Shown here one piece after another: positions 49,601-60,855 of a stretch of DNA of 64,000 nucleotides (the first letter of the stretch is position 1; each line of letters begins with the position of its first letter). This stretch comes from Takakia lepidozioides. Lineage: Eukaryota; Plantae; Bryophyta. Below the pieces are notes generated by a model, which searched no databases, was not told where the DNA came from, and worked only from the letters and a program-made list of their open reading frames with translations. Position numbers and translations under genes: made by a program. The stretch is from the NCBI GenBank assembly GCA_030704615.1, contig CM060731.1, forward strand, positions 58,342,001-58,406,000, written 5' to 3'.

Positions 49601-52600
49601 ATGGGCATGTGAAGATGCTTTGTGAGGCAGGTAGACTGACAGAGGCTCTACAGACTTTAAACCAAGGAGGCATTTCAGCAGATTCAGATACGTATGTCTG
49701 TCTCTTGCATAAGTGCATCAAGGTGAAAGGCCTGGAAGCTGAAAAGCAGGTGCAAACTCACATTATCCAAAGTGAAATGTTTTTCTCCTCAACACCCTTG
49801 TCAACATGTATGTTAAGTGCGGGAGCATCATGGATGCTCACCAAGTGTTCAACAGAATGCCTCAATGATCTTTGATCACGTGGAATTAATGTTGGGAGGA
49901 TTTACCAAGCATGGGTGGTGTGGTATGAATGCTTTGGAGACCTACGAGCAAATGATGGGGGAAGGGTGAAGCCCGACCACATCACGTTGTGTGTGCGTTT
50001 GCAGTGCGTGTGTGCAAGCCTGGCAGCCCTGGAAAAGGGCAAAGAGGTGCATGGTGACATCGTCAGACAGCTGGAATCGTACCAAATGTGATCCTGAACA
50101 CTGCCCTGGTGGACATGTATGCCAAATGTGGGAGCATCGAGGATGCAAAGGGAGTGACGAAATGTGGTGTCGTGGAGTGCAATGCTCGCAGTGAATGCAC
50201 AACAGGGGCGCAGGATGGAGGCTTTGGAGACGTATGAGCAAATGATGTGCGAAGGGGTGAAGCCTGACCACATCACGTTTGTGTGCACTCGCAATGCTTG
50301 TGCAAGCTTGGCAGCCCTGGAAAAAGGCAAAAGAGGTGAATGGTGACATCATCAAAGCTGGAATTGTACCAAATGTCATTCTGACACAGCCACGGCAGCT
50401 CTGGAAAAGGGCTTGCAAAGAGGTCCATGGCGACATCATCAGGGCTGGAATTGTACCAAATGTCATTTTGAACAATACCCTGGTGGACATGTATGCAAAA
50501 TGTGGGTGCAGGAGCAAACATGTATGTTAAGTGCAGGAGCATCATGCATGCATGCTCACAAAGTTTTCAACAGAATGTCTCAATGATCTTTGATCACGTG
50601 GAATATAATGTTGGCAAGATTTTACCAAGCATGGGTGTGGTGGTGTGGTAGGAATGCTTTGGAGACCTATGAGCAAATGCTGCGCGAAGGGGTGAAGCCC
50701 AACCACATCACGTTTGTTTGTGTTTGCAATGCGTGTACAAGCCTGGGACCTCTGGAAAAGGGGAAAGAGGTCCATGGTGACATCATCAAAGCTGGAATTG
50801 TACCAGATGTCATTCTGAACACTGCCTGGTGGACATGTATGCGAAATGTGGGTGCATTAAGGATGCGAAGGGAGATTTTCAACACTATGGCTGAACAAGA
50901 TGTGGTGTCATGGAACGCGATGCTTGCAGGGTATGAGAGCGAGGACATGGTATGGAGACCTATGATCAAATGAGGGGGAAGGGGGAACCTTCTTCAAAGT
51001 CCAGCGGCTACACGTGGGTAGATGGTCAATTGGCAAACACAGCGGCAACAACACAATTCATAAAACAAGGCGGCTAAGAAGCAGCTGGAAACATGATATG
51101 GTGTTATTAGAGTTATACCATAATCAATGGTACATTTAAAATAACTGTTTTGCGCTAGTAATAGGAGGTATCAATGGTGGGCGTCGGGCTAAAGTTCTTC
51201 AACATATTTCACCTTGTTTCCCCTGCTATCAGAGTCGTCCCTAAATTTAATGTTGAATTCTGCAAGTTAGCTCGTTGGTGGATCTATGGTAGTTTTGGAG
51301 TGAGTGATTTTGACATGTTACTGCCAATGTGGTCGACAGGAAAGTATCAATAAATAGATAACAGAGACTCAAGGAGAAGCTCTAGGATGAATACGTTCCC
51401 GACCTCAGTCAATGGTGGAACAATCGAGGCAAAAGGTGGTGAATGCCTGTTGGAAGCAGACGCAAGTCAGCATAGGAACTAGTGTGATAAGTAGGGTGGG
51501 TGTTTGCTCAAGCAATTCTAGGCTGATTGTCAGCTGCTAGCAGCAAGGCGAGGATGTATGCATGATTTGTGCAGGGGCATGGATAGCTGAAGGAGCAGGG
51601 ATAGATGTGTGGGTCCAGATTCATCCAAGAGGGCCGGATTTCAAGCTCCATATTACCTATGATTCCCTGTGGAAGGATAGGTACAAGAAACCTGCATGGG
51701 TAGATGGTCAACTGGAAGCCGCAGCAGCAGCGGCACACAATTGATCAAATCAGGCACTGTTAATCAAGGCACCTTCTTCAACACATTTCACCCTGTTTTT
51801 CCCTCTTATCAAATCGGCTGTAAGTATTGCACTGTTTAAAGGGTCCTTGATTCTAGTAGCACCAGAACAAACGAGTACTACATGTGGACAGACAATTCTG
51901 TCAGCCCATAGTGGTGCTTGCTTATTTTTGCTTATTGACCTTTTCAGGCATGGATTTTTTGGACCTTGTGGCCTTTGAGGTGTCCATTGGGACATTGGTC
52001 TCATTTGGATTTTTGTAATATAATTTACACGGCGTATATTCCCCTGTACTTGTCTATTTTGAATGTCCTTGTGGTTGCTAGTATGTAAGAGGGTTCCATT
52101 CTGTTTTTATATCAGAATTTCACCCATGTAATGAAGAATTTAAATCATTTAATCTACTTTTATATTTTGTATAACATTATTAAATTAAACAATAATACCA
52201 TTTTAAAATTTTCCAAGCTGCTATCCCCTGTTTTCAAAAATAAAATATAAATTTAAGAATTTAAAATTACAAATATAACTATTAAATTATTTTCAGAGAC
52301 ATTCTTGATGACACGTGGCATAAACCCTGCCATATATGCTAGTCATATATTATGTCTAAGTGCCACATGTCACATCTGAAGTGCAACAGGTGTCGTGACG
52401 TGTCGCTTGCGCAGTGGTGCACGTGTTCTTCTAAAGCCTCTCCATGTAAGCAACGCTCATCAGACAATGTAGTCATATAGTTAGTCGTATGTAAGTCATA
52501 GAGTTGTAACTACATCACTCTCTTATGCATGACTCCAGGTGCCACGCACGCAGTCACGGCTATGACTTGCAAAATGCAGTCCTAAAGACTAGTCGCTATG

Positions 52601-52700
52601 ACAGGGCTTTTTTCACTACAGAGTGATGTAGTCATGAACGCATGTATGACTGAAAAAATAGTCATATGTGCAGTCATAAAAACGCTCGTCTGTTGTAGTG
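46626..52700. mobile_element. Non-autonomous CACTA (Pack-CACTA-like), 6075 bp, carrying gene fragments
   Basis: TIRs CACTACAAGAGATGAGCGTTTTT and (reverse complement) CACTACAACAGACGAGCGTTTTT; 3-bp TSD AAC on both sides; ATGACT/AGTCAT subterminal repeats. Confidence 0.93.
47570..51760 (+). pseudogene. Decayed gene with OSB-type PDF motifs flanking PLS-class PPR repeats
   Basis: WWDN..KK|IHPRG(P/L)DFKLHITYDSLW...WVDGQLE at ~47575-47885, ~49157-49495 and ~51370-51720. PPR array 49600-50975 (LCEAGRLTEAL, TYVCLLHKC, LVDMYAKCG, DVVSWNAMLAGY). Confidence 0.75.
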
Positions 52701-53437
52701 AACTTGAGAGCTTGCAAGGCTGCCTCCTTGGTTTCAAAAATAAAGGAAAAGAACCCACGACCTTTGGCATAACAGAAATGATGTGTCAGTTCCCCTGAGC
52801 CCCCCAAGTGCCTGATAGCCCAGTCTCTGACGAAGGTCCTGCTTACCTTTTTGCCTGGAAAGTGTACGAGGATACCCCTTTCCTCCATGTCAGACCCGCT
52901 CGTTGAGGTCTACTATGTCCATCTGGACGAGAGTGTGCTCATGGTCCAAGTCCTCCTGCGTTGCTCCAAGATTATCCGGAGTTTCCTCCTCTTTTGGTGT
53001 CCTGATCGTGTCCACCATGTCCGGATAAGGAATCTCATGAATTCTCGCCGGTGGGGCCATCTGGGAGCTGACTGGAATTACTTGTGTGGGAGGAAATCTC
53101 GAGGTGGGGCTGCCTGGAAGCTGGGTGGGTGTGGATTTCCATTGGGAGCTGGGATTAACGCCAACAACGGATCGCCACCCAAGGTCGTCTGAGCTAGGTG
53201 TGCAAGAAAATAGCCCGTGCCCGAGGAAGGCTGCGTCCTTGGCGCGTACTGTGAGCGGGCGGGGCCCTTGTACGATCCTCTGATTCTGTTGGAGCTCTGC
53301 CCGCGCGGGCGGAATTGAGAACTATTTAGATGAACCATGGCTGATGACTGTCGATCTGAGAGTCGCTTAGCAGCAAAGAGGTGTGAGTCCCGGGTTGGAA
53401 AGCGAAGTGCTGGTAGGATTTAGAGAGCTGAGGAGCT

Positions 53438-53525
53438 GGGGCAGAAATGATCGCAATCCCGGGACCGAAGTTGGAGGTTCCCAGTCCAAGATCGCCCTCA
53501 CCTTTCTGTCATCCATTTTGAAGTG
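53438..53525 (-). pseudogene. Tiny Gypsy RT/RNaseH connector fragment
   Basis: KMDDRKVRAILDWEPPTSVPGLRSFL. Confidence 0.55.
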
Positions 53526-54285
53526 GAGAGAAAGAGTTGTGAAGAGAAGAGGCACGGAAGCTGGGTTGGCTAAGTTGATGGGGGGGGGGATGCTATTGTG
53601 TGAGCAGATCCCGCGAGCAGAAAATTGCGTGAGCAGAAATCTGCTCACGCTTGAGGACCTGCCTACCTATAACCGCGGACGTCCAGTCGACTTAGAAGAC
53701 CTATTACTGCGCAAAGTGGCTAAACGGAAAAGCTCAGAAAAGATATGATTGATTCTCTTCTCCGTTTACCCACTTACGTCTCTCCCGACAGCCACATGGG
53801 GTCACAGACCGACCTTAGAACCTGATCGCGCCTGGGGACGACGGAAAAAAACATGAGGCAACGACCCTCCACAATGTCAAGTGGATTTTAATAAGTCTAG
53901 TTAAATTAACTAGTTCACTAGTTAATGTGAAACTAGTTAATTTACTAATTAGTAAGAAAATATTTAGTTCAAGGTAGCTACCGTGAAACTAGCTAAGAAA
54001 TTTGTATGCGCACGACACAATGTAGTCAAGCCTCTCCCCATGCTAGAAATAGGAGCCAAGGCTCCTCTCCGAACACTCACACTAGTGGTATGAGTTCAGA
54101 AAAATTGGCCGAGCTGAAACCATCGGGTTTGATACAGGGGTTGAACGAGCATTCCACGCCCGAAAGATACCCCACATAGGTTTTCGGGGATACATGTGTC
54201 CACAAACTCATGTATCATTTTAGGATTTATTGTTTATGATGTTACATCATTCCAATAATTGTGTGTGTGTGCGCGAGCGCGAGCG

Positions 54286-55150
54286 TACAATAGGTGGGTA
54301 TATGAAAATAAAATATTAATTTCTCAGGTTGTGGATGGTATTATGATTAAATATATGTATGAAATTATGGTTTAGAGTTGAGGGTTTGCAAATAGGTTAA
54401 ATGGCTGATGGGACTATTTTGTTCTGTATATGAAATATCTATATACATATATTTAGAAATACATGTCATCTCTTATGTGCAGTATGTGGATATAAAATAA
54501 ATGAATATTGATATATTTGTTGTACATTTGTGCGCGAGGTTAGAAAATGCATTATTTTCCACTCATCCCATGCTTGAAAGGACAATTACGAAGTCCATCG
54601 TTCACCAAATTCATGATATGAAGGATGATCCAAGACATGTTCGCCTTCACTTGTCCATCGATGCATGCGTCAACCCATTCTGAATCCAGTCAAGTAGCCA
54701 TTCAACCTAGTCTTTGACCATGGTTAGTTTTAACATCCCTCCCTATCTTGCTATCAAGAAGGGTCACATCATGTTGCCTGCCATTGTGCTAGGTGAATAA
54801 CACAACTTTTTTTTGTTGGAATTTTTTTAAACTATACTTTGTAATATACATGAATGGATTAATTGATTTTCCATTGTTTTAGTATGTACGTGATGTAATA
54901 TGTATATAACTAAAATTATTTGTTTTGGTTGTATTTCAAACGATTTAATATATATTAAACATAATTTTTGTCGTAGGGAAAAAAAATGAATGACATGGAT
55001 GTGTATATGCATCGATTGGTTGACGAACTCAAGATATTATGGAATACAATTTCAGCTTACGATGCATCGGCACCCACTAGCCAACGTTTTTTTTCTCTTG
55101 CGAGGACTTATGGACAATGCACGACTATCCATGTACAAAAAGATTAACAA
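54286..55150 (+). pseudogene. CACTA tnp2 (Transposase_21-like) relic, copy 1
   Basis: DDPRHVRLHLSIDACVNPF...FNIPPYLAIKKGHIML; after an intron, DVYMHRLVDELKILWNTISAYDAS. Confidence 0.7.
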
Positions 55151-55799
55151 GAAAGTGGCTTGTGGTCGTGTGATATAGTGGCTCACGACCCACGATCATT
55201 ACACTACCCTGCGTAGTAGAGACTATGATTCCTTATTGCTACTGCTTACTATTTCTATTATTCGTGATAGTGGTACCACGTATGCTACTCCGTTGGTAAG
55301 TGTTGTTGTCTCATGTGGTCGTGGTAGGCTTATCACTACTCGCCACTAAGTTGTCATGCGTCGTTGTTCTAGCACTTACTCGTTCTTCCCCCTTATGGAT
55401 CATTGTAGTGGTAGGTTGCCCACTACCTTGTCACTGTCCTATCGTGGCCTAAGCTGCCATGCCTCAAGGCACTGACACTTAGCCATTATCAGTGGCCTGC
55501 TTTATGAAAGAACAAATGAATGTAGAGTACAATGCAACGGCTCAACATTTTTGCACCAATGTAAGTGGATCGATGCACCTTTTAGTGCTCAGTTTTTGCA
55601 CAATTTATTGAACTGGCTTTGGTGGAGGCCATAAGTATAGCAAAAATGTCCGCACCTTCTTCTTGGGTTACTTTCTTATGCAAGGAATAGAGAACATCCC
55701 ATGCCACAAAAGTGTTTGCCACAAAAGAAGTGAGGAGCTTGGCAACACTGGAGCCTTATATTGTTCCAGGTTGGATGAAAGATAAAAAGTTGACTCATC

Positions 55800-56680
55800 A
55801 ATGGCGACCACCCAAAAAAAGGTGGTCGTACCATATTTTTCTATTTTTTTTAATACATATGACCGCCAATCCTGGCACTCGCAGCTAATTTAGTATTTTA
55901 TAAATTACATGCGACCGCCAGTTTGTAGCAGTTGCAGCTAATTATTTCACTTTGAAATGACATGCGACTGCGAATTTTTGGTGGTCACATGTTTTTTTTT
56001 TTTTTTAAACAATTACAAGCGACCGTCAGTTATTGGCGGTCGTTCCGTTTTCTTTAAACGAAATACGTGCGACCATCAATTATTGGCGATCTCGTGTATT
56101 TATTATTATTTTAATTACATGCGACCGCCAGAAAATTGGTGGTCACTTGTTTTTTACACGACCGCCAATACGTATATTCACGTGCCACCAACAAATACTG
56201 GTGATCACATGTATTTGTTATTATTTTCAATTACATGCAACCATCTATAATTGGCGGTCACATTTTTTTTGTTTTCTAGAATTACAGGATGGCGGTCGCC
56301 TATATATTTTTCTCTTTAATTACATGCGATCGCCAAATTATGGTGGTCGCATTTATTTTTTTCAATTATAGGCGACCACCAATTACTGGCAATCACATGT
56401 ATTCATTTAGTTTTAAATACAAACGACTACCAATTAACAATCGCATGTATTTACTTATTTTTTAATTACATGCGAGTGCCAACATTGGCGGTCGCACCTA
56501 TTTTTTTTTAAAAATACGCGCGACCACTAATTTCTGGCGGTTGCACCTATTTTTTTTATTTACTAATTACATGCGACCGCCAAAAATATGCGACGGTATG
56601 AATATTGGCAGTCGCACATTTACTCTATTTGTTTTCATTAGTTATCCGTCACCGCCACCATGTCTGCGACATATCTATTG
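55800..56680. repeat. GCGACCGCCA / TGGCGGTCGC direct and inverted repeat array (DNA-transposon subterminal type)
   Basis: More than 20 degenerate copies in an AT-rich background (e.g. TTACATGCGACCGCCA). Confidence 0.75.
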
Positions 56681-56923
56681 AAATGACATTTTTTTATCGT
56701 TAATTTTTATTTACTAAATATTCGGGAAACCGACGTGAGGTAGGTCGCGCCAACGTCCGATCTAGCGCGATCTGATGTGATGTGACCGCGTGACGTGTGC
56801 AACCCTGGTTGGCCAGTGGGTGCCAATGCATCATAAGCTGGAACTCCATTCCATAATATCTTGAGTTTGTCAACCAATGGATCACTCTGCACAAAAGGGG
56901 GGGGGGGGGGGGGGGTTTGCGAC

Positions 56924-57434
56924 CACTGCTGGATTGGTATATAGGTGAGGGACTGGTATATAATATTGGTATATACACTGGCATTAGATACCAGACTAGT
57001 CTGGTATCATTTAGGAGAATACTTGGTCATATACCAGACCAGGCTAGTATCAGTTCTTTCATACCAGCCACAATACCAGTACTCCCCATCGTCTTTCTCA
57101 TTTACTCTGGTATGTATACTGAATTAATTTATGTGTACATATGCCTATATATTAATTTGTACTTGAGTATATTTACTTCTTTATGTATATTCAATTTGTT
57201 TTCACTTGATACTTGCCATTTGATAAATTTGTAACTCAAGACAGCTTTGGAATGATACCAGAGTTGATATCTCATACCAGCTGGTATTGTGCTCATGATA
57301 CTCATATTCATATCAGTATCTGGAAAAAAAATACATCCACCATTATATAGACCAGACTGGTATGAAAGTTTTGTGATACGCCTGGTACCAGGACCAGTCT
57401 GGTATGTAAAAAACTTGATACCAGTCCAACACTA
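56924..57434. mobile_element. hAT-type MITE with ATACCAG/CTGGTAT repeats
   Basis: Ends CACTGCTGGATTGGTAT and (reverse complement) TAGTGTTGGACTGGTAT; 8-bp flanks TTTGCGAC / GTTGCGAC. Confidence 0.6.
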
Positions 57435-58590
57435 GTTGCGACGCTCTGCCATTGGCGGGTGTGGGCGGGAGCGCGCGCCGACGACAGCAGCGTCGCTCCG
57501 CCTCTTGCGACGTAATGGCTTCGCAGCCATTGGAGTTTGTGACGTTGGGGTGTCGCAGCCGCAGCGCGTGGGGTCGCAGTCATGGCAGCCCTAGCGTCAG
57601 GCATTCCCAGCGACGTCGGGGGGTCACAATTTTTTTTTTTTTTAGGAGGCGTTGCGACCCCCCCCCCCCCCCCCGGCGTCGCAAAAGCATCGCGGGGGAC
57701 GCCCCAACGACACTGCAACGCCAGCTGTTTGGAGGCAGTAGCTGAGGCGCTCGGCGCTGCGACGCCAGCTGGGGCGGCAGTAGTTGTTGAGGCAGTGATG
57801 CCCAAGCCTCTCATTTCCATTTTTATTTCGGCTTTGCGACCCCTCGTCGGCGTCGCAGCAAGCTTAGGGGATCGTAGCTAGCTTGGGGCGTCACAAGGAC
57901 GTCGCTGGGGCGCACGGCGTTGGGGCTGCAGCAACGGCGACGACGCTGGGGTTGGGCACTAAGGTTGCAGAGGTTGCAACTCCCCAGTGTCATAAGAGGG
58001 ACCCCTTAGAAGATACTTGGAAGAAATCTTGATATGTATATATATACAATATAGACAGCTTTTGTGATACATAGATGTATCGTAGATGTGCTGGTTAAGG
58101 TGTAATGTCTTAGAAATGTCATGACCAGTTATAATGTGGAGGTCCTAGGTTCAAATATGCATTGTCTAATATATATAGAACAATGAACGAACTGCCATGG
58201 GGCAGAACCGGAGTCAATGGTCATCTAGTTTTTGAAATTTTCTCACCTAAATTCATAAACTGCGACGTCCGGGGTTGCAAAGTCAAATTTTTCCACCTAA
58301 ATTCATAAACTGCGACGTCCGGACTTTGCGACCCCCGGACGTCGCTAATGCGGCATTGCAAAAAAATAAAATAAATAAAATAAAATCTTGCGACGCCCAG
58401 ACGTCGCAAGTCGCGTCGGCACCGCAAATCGGCCTGGCGACACCTTGCGACCCCCAACGTCGCTATTTAGCAACGTTTTTGCTACGACAGCCCAGTGACG
58501 GGCATGCAATGCCTTGGCATCGCAAACTCGGGCTGCTACCCCGCCCCAAAAGGAGGCGTTTGCGACGCCACGGCGACGCAGCAGCATCCC
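57435..58590. repeat. GCGAC/GTCGC-rich repeat region (probable non-autonomous DNA transposon)
   Basis: Dense GCGAC(G/C) and reverse copies; splits the minus-strand tnp2 relic. Confidence 0.55.
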
Positions 58591-59629
58591 CACCCCCCAC
58601 CACCACACCGTTTTTATTTATTTATTTATTTATTTAATATTTATTTTAGTGATGTATATACATATCGATGTCATTCACTTGTTTTTCCCTACAACAAAAA
58701 TTATGTACAATATATCTTAAATCATTTGAAATACAACCAAAACAAATAATGTTAGTCATATACATATTACATCATGTACATCCTAAAACAGTGTAAAATC
58801 AATTAATCCCACCCATGTATATTACAAAGTACAGTTTAAAACATTCCAACATTACAAATAAGACAAAGTTGTGTTATTCACCTGTCACAATGGCAGACAA
58901 CATGATGTGACCCTTCTTGATAGCAATATAGGGAGGGATGTTGTAATTAACTATGGTCAAAGGCCAAGTTGAATGGCTGCTTGATTGGACTAAGAATGGG
59001 TTGATGCCATCCATGGATCACAAGCCAAGGCGAACATAACATACCACTGTTCCTCTGTATGTTTCCATGTCGGGGAATCATGATGGGGCCGCACATATTT
59101 CCAGGAGGGCTCCGATGCTCCGGATGGCTATTGTGATGAGATTGGGTTGGTAATGATGATGACCGCTATTCTACATCTGGCTATGTTTTTATTTGACGAA
59201 TGATGGACTCCAGAATTGTGCTTTCAAGCATGGGATGAGTAAAAAATAATGCATTTTCTAACCTCGCCCACAAACAGTACAACCAATACATCAATATTTA
59301 TTTATTTTATATCCACATATTGCATTTAAGAGATGGCGTGTATTTCCAAATGTTTTTATGTTGATATTCTATAAAGCACAAAATAGTTTAATCAGCCATT
59401 TAACCTATTTGCAAAACCTCAACCCTAAACCCTAATTTCATACATATATTTAATCATAACACCGTCCACAACATGAGAAAGCAATATTTTATTTTCATAT
59501 ACCCCTATTACACACGGCAAGGACTGCGCTTACCCAATGAGTTAAGACAAGCGTGTGAGGTGGTGGGGCCCGCTGGCCGGAGCTCCAAGAGGCTCCGGCA
59601 AACTACTAGTCAAATCTCATCCCCCATTG

Positions 59630-60050
59630 TGAAGGTGGGGAGCGCTCCCCACCTCCTGTTCCCTCCTCATGCTCCACACCTTTAGGACCATGTTCCCAAA
59701 CCATCTCCAATTTTGCTCCCCTATTCCCGCTCCTCGATCCCTGCTCCTGATTGGGATAGAGGAGCGAGGAGGGGAGCAGGGACTGGAAATTATCTGGGAG
59801 CGAGCCGCATTCCACAGGGCGAGGAGGGGAGCGGGGACTGGGAACAGGGGAGCAAGCCGCATTCCACCGGACGATGAGGGGAGCGGGGACCGGGAATAGG
59901 GGGGCCAGCTGCGTTCCACATGGCGAGGAGGGGAGCGGGGACCGGGAACAGGGGAGCGAAGACAAGGGACAGGGATGGGGGAGCGGGCCTGGGAACAAGG
60001 AGGGGACAGAGGAGCATACATTGGGAACAGGCCGGGAGCGGAGCGAGATC
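59630..60050. repeat. GGGGAGC(G)/GCTCCCC repeat cluster with ~57-bp tandem units
   Basis: Repeated GAGGGGAGCGGGGACCGGGAA..GGGG units and inverted GCTCCC copies. Confidence 0.6.
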
Positions 60051-60693
60051 TTGGGATTATAATTATTTTGGAGATGAAAAAATACGATAATTAGTCTCAT
60101 GTGCGGTTAGTCACTAGTTAGCCTCAAACCTCGCCATATGTTGCATATCACCTATCCACCACACTACCATCCACTTCTTGCCATACTCTGATTTTTTAAT
60201 GTTTTATTCTACAATACAGGCACATAGGTGAGAGGGGAGCAGGGGGGGGGGGGGGGGGGATTTGATAGCGCGCCCGGCCGGAAAGTCGCCGGTCGTAGTC
60301 TTGTCCATTACACCCACACCCACACACACAATTTTTGGAATGATATAATATCATACACCGTAAACCCTGAAATGATATATAAGTTTGTGGACACATGTAT
60401 ATATGTGTATTGAAGACGTACCTTCTAAATTTATGTGTATCCATATTTATAACCACTTGAAATGGTAAGAAAGAGAATGTAACAAAAATGTATTTTTCAA
60501 AGGATTCTCTTTTCTTGAACATCGTCCCGATATCTAGACTCTTGACAAAATGGCGCAACATCAATGCATTTACAATAAATGTTTGTCAAGATATTTCTTT
60601 TAGAAAGATACTTAAGTAGGTCGGCAGACAAAACCACATATGATCGAACGTCAGACCCCACTGTATGCGCGGTCACAATGACATAATCTCCTC

Positions 60694-60700
60694 TATATAA
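60694..60700 (+). promoter_or_regulatory. Candidate TATA box of the P450 gene
   Basis: CTCTATATAAG ~160 bp upstream of the ATG at 60856. Confidence 0.5.
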
Positions 60701-60855
60701 GGCGAGAGCTAGCTGAAAGATCTAATTCTGTAGCATTAATGATCTTTTTGAACATTCTACTCATGTGGAAAACAGTTATGCACCTCGAAAGTAGAATATG
60801 TAGATCTTGAAACAGTTGTGATCATACCAAATTGTGTAGCTAGGAGACACTTAAA

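Larger units (their letters stand above)
45693..53340 (-). mobile_element. L1-type LINE 5' region / ORF1 (DUF4283-like plus CCHC), split by a CACTA insertion
   Basis: AKGRGFFSFIFETKEAALQALK|FNPYVHGFNIHIFP rejoins in frame across 46626-52700; CFKCGKHGHIKADC near 46190-46235. Confidence 0.75.
56808..59512 (-). pseudogene. CACTA tnp2 relic, copy 2, inverted relative to copy 1 and interrupted by insertions
   Basis: 58640-59512 is the reverse complement of ~54286-55010 (DGINPF..HSTWPLTIVNYNIPPYIAIKKGHIML); 56808-56880 encodes PLVDKLKILWNGVPAYDA. Confidence 0.7.

Noticed and set aside
59606-60100. Pro-rich ORFs
   Set aside because: Derived from the GGGGAGC repeat cluster.
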